Of a stretch of 64,000 nucleotides of DNA, positions 13,074 to 26,166 are shown piece after piece. The notes under the pieces were generated by a model. The model was not told the origin of the DNA, ran no database searches, and saw only the letters and a program-made list of their open reading frames with translations. Numbering within the stretch: the stretch's first letter is position 1; the number at the start of each line of letters is the position of its first letter. The stretch is from Octopus sinensis (taxonomy: Eukaryota). The DNA lies in NCBI RefSeq assembly GCF_006345805.1, contig NC_043012.1, positions 26,350,001 to 26,414,000 of the forward strand. The letters run 5' to 3'. The translations under genes and the position numbers were made by a program.

Positions 13074-14136
13074 TGTGTATGCGCGCTCGTGCGTGTGTGT
13101 GTGCGCGCGCGCATATATGTGTATGTATGTGCGTGTATGTGCATGTGTGTATTCACTTTCATACATAACCCCCTAATTATGTACTTATATATATGTTTGT
13201 GTGTACATACATACTTACATAGATATGCACATGCGCGCACACACATGAGTGCACGCACACGTGCACACTCACACAATATACACACATACATATATGTAGT
13301 ACAGTGTCACTAATCCCACATCATGAAATGAGCACTATTAGTGATTTTACCAAATTGCAGCCTGGATAAGTAGTTTAAGCTAAAATGCGCTTCATCCAGC
13401 CGCAAACCACTTTATCTCACGTTTAAGATACTTCCCGTAAATCGCTACCTGTTGGTTAATAAAGAAACAGGAAACATTAATTGAAAAAAAATCAAATGAA
13501 ATTTTAATGTCTTAAAGGAAAAACTTCATTAGTAGTTCTTCCAAAGTTCAGAGCTGGAATTTGCAACGATGCATATGTGAATGTCTTGACGTGAAAGGCT
13601 GTCAACTTCGGCATCTTCTTGAGGTGAAAGTTTACCAGGATTCTTTGTCTTTCCATTCTGCAAGCTGATTAAAATCTCAAGAACTGATGACAACAGTGGC
13701 AACACACTCACGTGTGCAGATCTTGAAGGAACCGGATTCCGAATGATGAGTTCGCTGTTTAGTTACTTTTTTTTTAACATATCACGTTCTAACCTAAGCT
13801 GTCTCATGTATTTTAACCTTTCTTTGATTAGTTCATCCTGTTGCAGTTAAACTTTCATTATTTCTTGTTTATTTATATAACTCTGTGCCTTTAGAACTTT
13901 TAGCAGTTCACCTACCAACCTGAAACAATGCATGTATAGAGACTTTCTTCTACATTTCACATGTTTGCGTCACTGTTCTTCTTCTCCGCAGAATTGTTGT
14001 TGCGATCTTACAGTCATCTCCACAATTACATCCGAGTTAAGTCTAATTACGAACAGTGGCTCCAACTTCATCTACATTTATTCATTCCGCAAAATTATTT
14101 TCATGCATCCATGTGTATTCATACATACATACATAT

Positions 14137-14176
<40 letters not shown>

Positions 14177-14194
14177 ATATATAGCATATTAAGG

Positions 14195-14742
14195 ACAACA
14201 ACTACTTAGTAAGGAAAACTTAACAAGAAATTGTCAGGTAGATAGCGTGAAAACCTCATAAGAGAAAAAAATTTCGAAAATAATTATTTCTTATTGAACA
14301 TATTAATTTATATATAGAGGGCATTATACATACATGTATAATTTCTTGTTAAGTTTTCCTTACTAAGTAGTTGTCTTAATTGCTAAATTTTTATTCCGAA
14401 AAAACTTTTCCTTTCCCGAAATGCAATTCGTAAAAAGTCTGAATTTACAGGATGTAATATATGTAACTCACCCATGTGCTTCGTTGATGTTGATCAGTTA
14501 GCTGATCGGCTTAAGCGAGGCAGGGTCGTTTATGTATGATACATCCAGGCCTGCTGATGAATACGTAAGTATGAAATCACTGTGATACAGGTCTATATTT
14601 TTTAAATGTCTACTTTGAAAAATTGCATTCGGTGGGATTAGTATTTTTGGTAGAAATGACTAATTGTCCCTCTTAGCGTGTGGCATGTATGTATAATGCC
14701 ATCTGGCATGTATGTATAATGCCTCTATATATAAATAATATA
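14195..14742 (+). mobile_element. Penelope-like remnant with nested inverted repeats
   Basis: Inverted pairs ~14197-14233/14340-14376 and ~14300-14337/14707-14742; contains a hammerhead. PLE assignment is inferred from this architecture. Confidence 0.55.
14547..14594 (+). ncRNA. Type I hammerhead ribozyme, apparently intact
   Basis: AGGCCUG-CUGAUGA-AUAC(GUAA)GUAU-GAA-AUCA(CUG)UGAU-A-CAGGUCU: 7-bp stem I, 4-bp stem II, 4-bp stem III, AUA cleavage triplet. Confidence 0.8.
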
Positions 14743-14779
<37 letters not shown>

Positions 14780-14789
14780 ATGTATGTAT

Positions 14790-14995
14790 ACCATGGATGG
14801 ATGAAAATAATTTTGCGGATAGACTGTTAGCCACTACACATTCTTTATTTTCTCTCCTTGTTTCTTTCTGTGTTCCTTTCCGTGGAAGAGCGTAGGCTCG
14901 AACGTTAAAGACTTTTCACTTCCCGCGCGTTATACTAATACATCTGTTCGTTGTCTACCCACTTGTCTTCGTCTTTTGCTTTTTGTGAATTCACC
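14790..14995 (+). mobile_element. PLE-like terminal fragment with degenerate minimal hammerhead
   Basis: CUUU-CCGUGGA-A-GAGC(GUAG)GCUC-GAAC-GUU-AAAG at ~14876-14910; core mutated. Confidence 0.35.
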
Positions 14996-15007
14996 TATAT
15001 ATATATA

Positions 15008-15045
<38 letters not shown>

Positions 15046-16559
15046 TGTGTGTGTGTGTGTGTGAGCGGTATAAATATATGTAGGAATGTATGTTTATATA
15101 GGTGTGTATCTATATGTTGTTCTATCTATCTATCTGCCTGTCTCTCTCTCTGTTTCCCTGTCTTTCTCTTTGTCTCATAGTATTTCACTCTTTGTATACC
15201 AACACGTGCGCACACACACACAGACGCATCCACACATGTATAGGTACGTTTTACAATATATGAATTAAAATACAGGCAAAATATCTATGAATACGGCATT
15301 ATTGTTCGAAATATAACACCAGTTGTTATTATAAAACCAGTTCAAAAATTCTTTTGCCCTCTATGAATATATCTTTAATAATTAACTGCACCAGAATCTT
15401 TCTTATTTGGTACTGTAACTTCCAGGCAACCGTAGGCGTTGTGTCCAATTTTCTTCTATGAACAAGTTTGATCAAGATGAGAAATACACGTCTAATTTAA
15501 ATACATGTATGAAGACCTAAATACCCTACCTACCCTACCTTACCAGGAATCATTACAAAGGCGCCCTCACTTGACAGTGACTTGCAAATTGCTCGCTTGC
15601 AAAAAGCTCCGTATAGTGGTGACCAGTAAGTCGCTGTAATCGTCAGGAGAGAATGCTCGCCGTTTGAGAGCCCTCACTAGATAAAATGAATAGTACTCGA
15701 TCTTAAATCCGCCAGGACATGATCATCAGCACCGTTTGATCATTCAGGTCTGAATTGACATATAGACACAGAGATACCTGCCTCACGATCTATATCACTT
15801 CTCCAACCAAGTTTCCTCAACGCTTTCCAGCTATGTCTAATGGCTGATTTTCTCAAGTGTTGACCGGATATCGTTCATTATGGCGTTCACACGACGATGA
15901 TACTCGCCGATTGATGACAAATACAATCTCAGACTGGTTCCAATAACACCTCGAAATCCGCGCTGAATTTGGTACGTCTTGACGGCCCTAGTAACTGGGA
16001 GGAATACTTGACACTTTGCTGAATAATTAGTGACTCATTCTCAGAAAACGCAATGGGATAAATCATATTATTATCGATTCTTTCAACGAGAAAAAACATT
16101 CACCTTATCTTTCGACCTGCTAGAATTTGTAGCCATATTTCTTAATCACGTCTTATCTAAATAGAGGAACAACACTTACGACAATATAATACAAGATATT
16201 AAATAAAAACACGATGGCCGCGACTAGAAAAACCTTTGATCAATTTTTGATGGATAAGGTTTGACGATCCTGAGTAAAACATATACCAGGGAATAACATC
16301 AGTAACAACAATAAGAAGAAGAACAAGAGAAGAAAAGCAAAAGAAAACAAATGCAAAACATAAACAATAGAGCAGCAACAACAACAGAAATGTGAAGAAG
16401 AACAAGAGAAACATCAACTCTTCAAAACGGTAAAATTCCGACTAGAAGCGAAAGCACATCAATGTTAATATAAGAATTCAAGAGATTCTGAGCCAAGTAG
16501 GCGACAACAAAATATCGCATCTGCCATTTTGACTATTCGACAAAAGAGAAATATCAAAC

Positions 16560-16601
16560 TATCATAACAAAAACAAGTTAATAATGATAATAATAATAAT
16601 G

Positions 16602-16642
<41 letters not shown>

Positions 16643-17060
16643 TAATAATAATAATAGTAATAACAACAACAACAACAACAACAACAATAATAATAATAAT
16701 AATAATAGTAATAGTAATAATAATAATAACAACAATAACAACAATAATAATAATAATAACAATGATAATATAAAAATATTAATATTAATAATAATATAAA
16801 TAATAATAATAATAATAATAATAATGATGATGATGATGATGATGATGATGATAATAATAATAATAATAATAATAATGATGATGATGATGATGATGATGAT
16901 GATAATAATAATAATAATAATAATAATAATCAGAAGAAGAAAAAGAAGAAGAAGAAGAAGAAGACAGAGAAGAAGAAAACAACAACAACAACAATAACAA
17001 CAACAACAGCAACGTCAATAATAACAACGATGACGACTACAACAATAACAAGAACAATTT
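16560..17060. repeat. Compound trinucleotide microsatellite (AAT/AAC/GAT/AAG)
   Basis: Direct inspection. Confidence 0.95.
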
Positions 17061-17299
17061 TGACTTGTTTCGGATTTTGGAAAAGAAATATAGGTAGAAA
17101 TGTAGACACAACAGCAACGAGAGAAACACATAGACAGGCAAAGGCATCGAGAGAGTGACGCATGCGCATAAGAGAAACGTACACGTATGTAGTGAGTTTG
17201 CATACACGTAGGCACACACTCACACAGACACACATATACATACATATACATACATATACATAAATAAATACATAAATATATATACATACACGTAAACAC

Positions 17300-17348
<49 letters not shown>

Positions 17349-17383
17349 TATATATGATATATATTAATGTATATATATATATC

Positions 17384-17416
<33 letters not shown>

Positions 17417-17662
17417 TATGCATGTATATATACATATATATAACTTCCCAAACTCCATTTTCTTGCGAGCAAGAATGGGAAAACTGACTCCGAATATAGA
17501 CACATATGCAAAGTTATGACATAAGCGTATGTTTGTTTTATGCATAAATCTATAAAGATGTGCGCGCGCGCGGGGTGTGTGTGTATGTGGTGTGTGTGTG
17601 TCGACTCTATGAATGACTGTTATTTCATTTGTTATAGTCACACCCACACGCATACTCATGTT

Positions 17663-17702
<40 letters not shown>

Positions 17703-18011
17703 ATTTATATATATATGAATTATAAGTGTGTATATTCATATGAGTGCATTTTATTTACCTCTTCCCCTTTTTTCTTCTTATTTTCATTTCTCTTTTCTTT
17801 TGTTCCTTTTCCTTTTTCTTTTTTTAAATTTTATTTTTTGTTCTTTTTCTTCCCTTTTACGATCCCTTTTGATCGAAAACTTACGCCACCTAATTTTTTG
17901 TTTCTTTTGTTTTTTGTTTTTTGTTTTTTCATCCCAAAAGAAAAGCTCTACCTTGTAACTTGTCCATCTGTGTGCAGTCCTGTGTGGCCAATAAAGAAAC
18001 TTATCTATCTA

Positions 18012-18082
<71 letters not shown>

Positions 18083-18108
18083 ACTACACATATATATATA
18101 TGTCTATA

Positions 18109-18144
<36 letters not shown>

Positions 18145-18225
18145 CAAGCACAAATATCAATGTACCTATAAACATTTATACACACATGCTCGTAGACACA
18201 GTTACATTCACCTCACATACCGAAC

Positions 18226-18282
<57 letters not shown>

Positions 18283-18283
18283 A

Positions 18284-18314
<31 letters not shown>

Positions 18315-18979
18315 ATTGGTATCTGTCTGTCTGACTGTCTGTATGTCTCTCTGTCTAACTGTCTGTTTGTCTATGTATGTATCTGTCTATCTCTCAGTCT
18401 ATCTATTTAACTAAGTATCTGTCTGCCTGTGTGCCTATACATATCTATATCTATGAATATTTGAATATATATACTTATATGTAATGTCTGTGGAGAATAT
18501 ATATATGTATACATATAGACATATATATATATACATATATAGATATAGATATATATAGATAGACAGATATATAAATACATAGATAGATAGATATGCATAT
18601 ACATACGCATATACATACGGTTGTTCTGAAGGTCAAGGAGGCTAATCCTACATAAAACAATCGAACATTTGACAATTGAAATGTCAAGGAATTTATATTA
18701 TTATTGTTTCTTATGTTTTGTAAAATAATTTGGGTTTTGTTTGCTTGTTTTTTTTTAGTGTATTTTTTACAACTGTCTGTTTTTTCCTGTTGTTATTGTT
18801 GTTGTCATTTTGTTTTATATTTTTGCATTTATTTATTTATTTATTTTCTTTTTGTTATTGTTCGTAATATTTATATTAACATTGTTTTTGAATTAACAAT
18901 TGAAAAAACATAAAAGAGTTCGGAAACAATAAAATATGAAGATTATGAAATTAGCAGCGCTATACCGAAAACAATGGCA

Positions 18980-19302
18980 ACAAAAAGAGCTGCAGCAGCA
19001 GCAAGAAGAGGAAGAAGTAGAAGAAGATGAAGAAGAAGAAGAAGAAGAAGAAGAAGAAGAAGAAGAAGAAGAAGAAGAAGAAGAAGAAGAAGAAGAAGAA
19101 GAAGAGAAGAAGAAGAACAACAATAACAACAATATCAACAGCAACAAGAACCAGCGTCAAGCCAAACAGTAACAACGAGAGTAAGGAACATAAGATCAGC
19201 TTCAATATCTCTCTTTAACCACTTTTTTGCTCCTCAAACGTTAAAGCAAGAGAAGCACAAATATGACTGAAATCTAAAATAACAAGAGTCAAAGCATAAT
19301 AA

Positions 19303-19354
<52 letters not shown>

Positions 19355-19967
19355 TAATAATAATAATAACAAACACCAGGACTTACAAACACATATAACA
19401 CAGAAAATTGCACTACTAGGCACTGCACACATCCTACGCAGAACACTTTCCATACAATAACCATCAGAGCATCACAACAATCACAGCACATACCTAAGGC
19501 ACACAGAGATGCGCTCAGTAGAGAAGTGAAAGCACGCTACAAAAATAAAACTACTGAATAAATAATAATAATAATATAATAATATATAATAATAATAATA
19601 TAATAAATAATAATAATGATAATGATAATAATATGATGATGATGATGATGATTTGATGATGATGATGATGATGATGATGACGACGATGATGATGATTGCC
19701 GGAGCCCTGGGGACGGTGAGTAAAAATCTTGAGAAGCACATGGAACCAAATAGGGGCTGCAATAAGGGTGGGGCACTTGCAGAAAACAGTTCCGTTGGAA
19801 CTGCTCGAATACTCCAATATAGAATAATAATAATAATAATAATAATTGTTGTTATTGTTGTTGTTATTATTATTATTGTTATTATATTATTATTATTATT
19901 TTATTATTATTATTATTATTATTAGTTATTATTATTATTATTGTTATTGTTATTATTGTTGTTGTTA

Positions 19968-20029
<62 letters not shown>

Positions 20030-20040
20030 TACTATTCTAA
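18980..20040. repeat. Compound trinucleotide microsatellites (GAA, AAT, GAT, ATT)
   Basis: Direct inspection, with short unique spacers. Confidence 0.9.
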
Positions 20041-20412
20041 TTATATTACTTCGAAGTTAGTGTGAACAACATTATTGTTTAAGTTGTTAAGCTGCGATGG
20101 CTGGTAACAGTAGTTTGTGCATGATTATATTATCAAAGTTCATTGACTTTATCGAAGTTTGTTTAGTTTTTGGTGAATGTGTGACGACAAAATGTGATGT
20201 TGTATTTATGAGTCATATCAATACCGAAAAGTAAGCTGCATACTGTTACGATTGCTGTAATGACAATTATACAGTTAACAATGCAGTTAACGAAAGCTAA
20301 ACGGCATACACTAGTATCTATGTGACCAGTAGAAGTGTTGGGATAGAAGCGAAAGGCATACAGGAAAACGTACGGAAAACTCAACACAAAAATGCATTAC
20401 AGCTTATGTATA

Positions 20413-20713
20413 TTTGTTCCTTCTTGAGCCATGCCTGGCACATAAGGGCCGGTTTCCCGGTTTCCTTGGCGTATAGGTTCCACGCCTGGACGCGACACCG
20501 GTCCGTCGCTGGTGAGCTGCAAGATGCATGAAGAAAGAGTGAGAGAAATCTGTGGCGAAAGAGTCAGCAGAAGTTTGCCATTACCTTCTGCCGGAGCCGC
20601 GCGGAGCTTAGGTGTTTTACTCATAAACGCACACATCGCCCGGTCTGAGATTCAAACCCGCGATCCCTCGACCGCGAGTCCGCAGCTCTAACTACAAAGC
20701 CTTATGCCTCCAC
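20413..20713 (-). mobile_element. SINE with group B head/body but a different 3' tail
   Basis: 20530-20713 homologous to 12850-13036; 20413-20525 unrelated to the group B tail. Confidence 0.75.
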
Positions 20714-21674
20714 ACAGCTTATGCATAGCCATGATAAAATACGAAAGAAAATATTTCCAAATCCTAAGTGGCACCCATATTTGCTGTATAAATCCAGCAT
20801 AGGACAAGAAGTGGTTGTAGGTAAGAGATGATTTCTTTGGCAAATACTTCAACTAGATACGTAGAAGGAAATAGGTAGCACGCCGCATGTTCTATCTTGT
20901 TGAGAAGAAAAGTAGATGACGAAACACCATGACATTTCGGAAGGATAGCAATACGTAAACACACTCTTGTTTTCCTTCATATAAAATAGTCTAGGCTCAT
21001 TGATTCAGTTTACATCTGTCATACAGACATTGGTTTCACATTTTATCCACAACCCAGTCTTCGTCTGTCTTTAACAGAGTCTATTTTGCTGTAAGCCATG
21101 TCATTGGTCAGAGGAGAACTTCCACTTCTCTTAATCTGTCTCCAAGGCACTGAGACAGAACAAATGGCACTGATTTTCTGTCTTTGATTACATCATAAAT
21201 AAAATGTACTGGCCAAGGGTTCTCTCCGGTCTTCACCCAAACCCAATGGCGCTTGTACAAATCATTACATTTTTGTTCTGACTTAAAAACCTTCATTATA
21301 ACAACTATATACTTTAATATTCATATACTTATTGAGCTTCGCCTCTGTGGACGTATGCTTATAAACATTCTTCTCTTGTGACTCTAATCGATTTGCACAA
21401 TCCTCAGAGTATTTTTCTCGGCTTCGTCTTGAAGTCGTTGTGATTATCGGGTGATATGCATTGACAAAAATCCACTTATATTTGATTCCGGACACCATAT
21501 TTCCGTATTACCCACTAACTCCGATAACAAAAATGCGTTAATGTACCAGCTTCTCGGGAATCGAATAGGAGTTGTCTCCCCTAAATATTTTACCCGATAT
21601 TGCAAATTTATACATCTGTTTTATTACTGTAGCACACGGTGGACGTGGTCGACATATTACATTAGGTTCAGTGA

Positions 21675-21858
21675 AGGCGGCGGGATGGCAGAATCGTTAG
21701 CACGCCGGAGAAAGCGCTTGGCGGCAGTCCACCGGCTTCAAGTTCTGAGTTCAAATTCAATATTTCATACTTTCGGGGTCAATATACACTTGGGTCGATG
21801 TAATCGCCCGATTACGACCGCCAAAATTTTAGGCTGCGTGTATTTGGTGGAAAATATA
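21675..21858 (+). mobile_element. SINE group C, diverged
   Basis: GGCAGAATCGTTAGCACGCCGG..GAGTTCAAATT..GGGTCGATGTAATCG. Confidence 0.65.
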
Positions 21859-22263
21859 TTAGATTCAGATAGCTACCACTGTAACAATTGGTGAACATTT
21901 CTCAATGAAACTCATACAACTAATTACGTCATTAATCACGTGCCCAGATTGACGGAACTGGTGCCGACACCAAGGAAATGACTACGGCAAAGATCAGATT
22001 CCAATTTGATTCTTGTGTAGCATAAATATGTTTAAAAAGAAGAATACCCTAAAAGAGATTCGGGGTACCGAGAGTTTCATGCATGGCAGGCCAAAACCTC
22101 TGGACATTTCAATAAATTTTATAATATTCTGAGAATTCACAATATTAAAAACCTATAAAGACTCATGTATTGAGTCCTATTCCGCAGTTTCTTCCACCAA
22201 AATTATAAGTGTGTGTGTATGTGCATATATATATAAGTAGTGTATGTATATAGACATACACAT

Positions 22264-22328
<65 letters not shown>

Positions 22329-22461
22329 TATGCCAACATATGTATAAATGTGTTTGTGTGTGTGTGTGCGTGCGTACGTGTTTATATGTATATGTATATA
22401 TATGTGCTTATCGCTATCTACCTCTCTATCTCTGTTTTTGTTATCTTCCTCTCTCTCCCTT

Positions 22462-22526
<65 letters not shown>

Positions 22527-23176
22527 TGTGTATATATGTATGTATATTATAGGTAAGGAAATAATACAGTGATTTAATGTCACATTTAATCACAAAAATA
22601 AGTATATACACATATTTTTCTATTCTCATATATATGTGTGTTTTGTGTGGAAGTTTATGTGTGTGTGTGTTTTTATACATACATGTACACCCCGTCAGCC
22701 ATATATGTATGAATAAATCTACTATAAATATGTGTGTGCTTGCGTGTGTGTGTATGTATGTATGTGTATGCGTGTGTGCGCATGTGTGAAATTTTTCCCT
22801 CTTGTTCATATTCTCCGTATCCAATACTTACCACTACAAATGATTTTTCTTTTATTCTGAAGATGAACATAATAGATTACTAGTTGGTCTTTTTTAGCCC
22901 ATTTTTTTCTCCTTACCAGCAAGAAATCAAAGACTAATCTATTTTTTCTGCCGGACCGTTGTTATCGCAGACTATCACGTGATTCTATTCCTCAGCTTTG
23001 AAGTCACATTCTTTGGCAGGCGGTCTCTTCTGGTAAAGAATTACAGAATAAGATGTTGAAATGTCCAATTTTAAGTTCGTGTCATTTTTTTGTAAGAAAT
23101 TGTTAATTTTTTTTCGTTTACATAATTCTATTTAAATAACAAAGAATAGTAAAATCTCTACTGTCTATTTGTCTGC

Positions 23177-23271
<95 letters not shown>

Positions 23272-23294
23272 ATCTAACTATCTATGTATCTATC

Positions 23295-23331
<37 letters not shown>

Positions 23332-23332
23332 A

Positions 23333-23380
<48 letters not shown>

Positions 23381-23659
23381 ATATATATATAATATATCAA
23401 TCTATGTCTATCATTCTCTTTCTTTTCTCTCTACCCCTCTCTCATTATATATACAAAAATACGATCCTCTCAAACACACACTCTCTCTCTCACACACATA
23501 CATGCACATGTACACAGAAACACACATTAAAAATGAGAATAAGGGCGCATTGTTTCTGCCAGTCTATATAATTATGTATGAATGTATGTGTGTATTTCTG
23601 TTTGCATATATACATTCTCAACCCACACACACGGACGCACATGCGCGCACACATATCTT

Positions 23660-24065
23660 TCGTTTTCTACTTGTTCCAACCATGAGACTGCGGCCATTCT
23701 GAGGCACCACCATCACGAATTTTAGTCGAATGAATCGACTCTAGTATATTTTATTTTGGCCCGGTACTCATTCTATCGGAACCTTCGGCCGAACCGCATG
23801 GTTACGGTGACTTAAACATATCAACACCTGTTAGCAATCGGCAGTGGGGGACAATAAAACACACACACACACACACATACACATACACAGAGGCACCCCC
23901 CCCACACACACACTTACAAACACATAACTGTCTACCTACCTAATCTTCTCAGAAGGATCTGGTCATCTCGAGGTTATAGAAGAAAACATCCGCACAAGGG
24001 GCCACGCATTGGGAGTGAACTCGGGACCATAGAGTTAAGAAGTAAGTTTCTGACCACAGAGTCGT
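23660..24065 (-). mobile_element. SINE group A, strongly diverged
   Basis: Recognisable tail (GACTGCGGCCATTCTGAGGCACC) and head remnants. Confidence 0.55.
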
Positions 24066-24257
24066 GTTTACATACATACATACATGCATACATACATACA
24101 TACATACATACATACATACATACATACATACATACATACATGCTAACATACATACATATTAAAATACATACATAAATATATACATACATACATACACACA
24201 AGTACATACATACATGCATACATATATACATACATATATACCTACCTACATACATAC

Positions 24258-25023
24258 AGGTGAAAGGATGAGTCTATATGAGCAGAAGACTATGCATGGA
24301 TATGTTATTAGAAAACTCCGTGATGATATTAACATCGATCGTCAAAGCAGTTTACTACTTCCCACTTTGAAGAGTATGCGTTTGCAATACAGAAACCGGA
24401 AATATCAACCAAATGCCTGATGTACAAAAGGGATAGAGATGCAGGTAAAACCGTAAAATGTGACAACCGATGTACGCTTTGTGGAGTTCACACTGAATAT
24501 ATCACCCACATCATAGGTATTATCTATTAGGGTATTATCTACTGGTGAGACATGATGTTGTAGCTAGGACACTCCATAATGAAATCTGTCGGAAGGATAA
24601 CCTTGAGGACAAACAAATAAAAACCGAGAGTATAGTAGAAGCCATAGCTACTCATAATAAAAAGGAGTGCTCGGGGAAAGTACCAGTGAAGACCTCAATA
24701 AAATGTTAGTACAACAGACCTGATATAATGAGTTGGGATAGAAAAGAGAAGTTGTGTACAGTTGTGGAAATTAGCTGTCCAGCAGATGTTAACGTAAAGC
24801 TGAAGATCAGTGAAAAAGAGAACACCTATACTGAACTATTAAGAAATCTGCAGATCACAAGTTCAGGTTTATACCTGTAATTGTTGGCGCACTGAGATAT
24901 GTTACACACTGCCTATATACCAATCACAAAACCAAAAAGGAGAAAGCTAATTCGAAGACTACAGATCCAATGCATCACTGGAACTGTAAATATATGTGAA
25001 ACTTTCCAGAAGTTTATCGTTTA
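24258..25023 (+). mobile_element. 5'-truncated non-LTR retrotransposon with restriction-like endonuclease (R4/Dong-like), decayed
   Basis: CTLCGVHTEYITHII zinc knuckle, RHDVVARTLHNEICRK, NRPDIMSWDRKEKLCTVVEISCPADVNVKLKISEKENTY (PD..E.x.K type), RRKLIRRLQIQCITGTVNIC; stops and frameshifts. Confidence 0.85.
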
Positions 25024-25039
25024 TATATATATATATATA

Positions 25040-25335
25040 TCACGTGATCACGTGACCGACCAGTCCATCAGATGTAGTTATACATCACTGGTCACAATGT
25101 GTTCGCATTGTTTTAGCCTTCGAATGACGCCACTCCGCTGGCAAAGCGAGCAGGCTAACAGAAGAAAGAGTGGTGAATGAGTACAGCAGGGATCACCACC
25201 CACTGCCGGAGCCTCGTGGAGCTTTTTTAGGTGTTTTCGCTCAATAAACACTCACAACGCCCGGTCTGGGAATCGAAACCGCGATTCTACGACCGCGAGT
25301 CCGCTGCCCTAACCACTGGGCCATTGTGCCTCCAC
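25040..25335 (-). mobile_element. SINE group B, full length
   Basis: Near-identical to 12729-13036. Confidence 0.9.
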
Positions 25336-25351
25336 ACACAGACACACACAG

Positions 25352-25399
<48 letters not shown>

Positions 25400-25711
25400 G
25401 AGCATGTCCAGATATGCAACTATATGAATGACAATACATGTATAAATCGTACAAATCTGTTCATACATACATATACACTTACATACACACAAACAAACAT
25501 ACACATATACATACATGCATGCATACATACAAAAATACCCTGTTGTTGATGTTGAAATTCCAATGAAGGAGTCTTGGATCTAGGTTAGAAATCAATTCTT
25601 TCTCTACCGTCAAGAAATCTTGAAATAAATTGAATAATGACATATATATGTGTGTATGTGTGTATGCGCGCGCGTGTTTGTGTGTGTGTATTAAAAGTCA
25701 GGGTACCACAT

Positions 25712-25989
25712 ATACCTGTTTGCATGAAAGGAGATTAAAATTCTCCAAACCACGTATATCTCACTATATGTAAACACACACTGAGATGGTAGAATTTACG
25801 TTTCGAAAGACGGTTTTTCCAGTTTGTAAATCTACAAACAAGATTCTGAAAACGAAAGATACTGGAATATCTATCCTCCTGTTTGTAGATTTACAAACTG
25901 GAAAAAAAACCCTTTCCTAAATGTGTGTTTACTTATAGTGAGAAATACGTGGTTTCGAGAAAATTATTCTTCATTCAAACAACCAGGTA
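25712..25989. repeat. Imperfect foldback (inverted repeat) element
   Basis: AAACCACGTATATCTCACTATATGTAAACACAC vs GTGTGTTTACTTATAGTGAGAAATACGTGGTTT; TTTTCCAGTTTGTAAATCTACAAACA vs TGTTTGTAGATTTACAAACTGGAAAA. Confidence 0.8.
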
Positions 25990-26092
25990 CATATATATTT
26001 TGCGTATTTTGATAGGTTTGGTAAACCACTTTATCATTGTTTTTCAAAGATAATGATAACTTATTTGACGTTTGTATACACACACGCACACA

Positions 26093-26149
<57 letters not shown>

Positions 26150-26166
<17 letters not shown>

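Noticed and set aside
15560-16050. GC-richer segment resembling an interspersed repeat
   Set aside because: Single copy in the window with no readable ORF or termini; cannot be classified without a search
21108-21296. ORF with WVWVKTGENPWP, resembling a PWWP motif
   Set aside because: Spacing differs from the PWWP consensus, splice signals are poor and flanking frames are interrupted; needs BLAST
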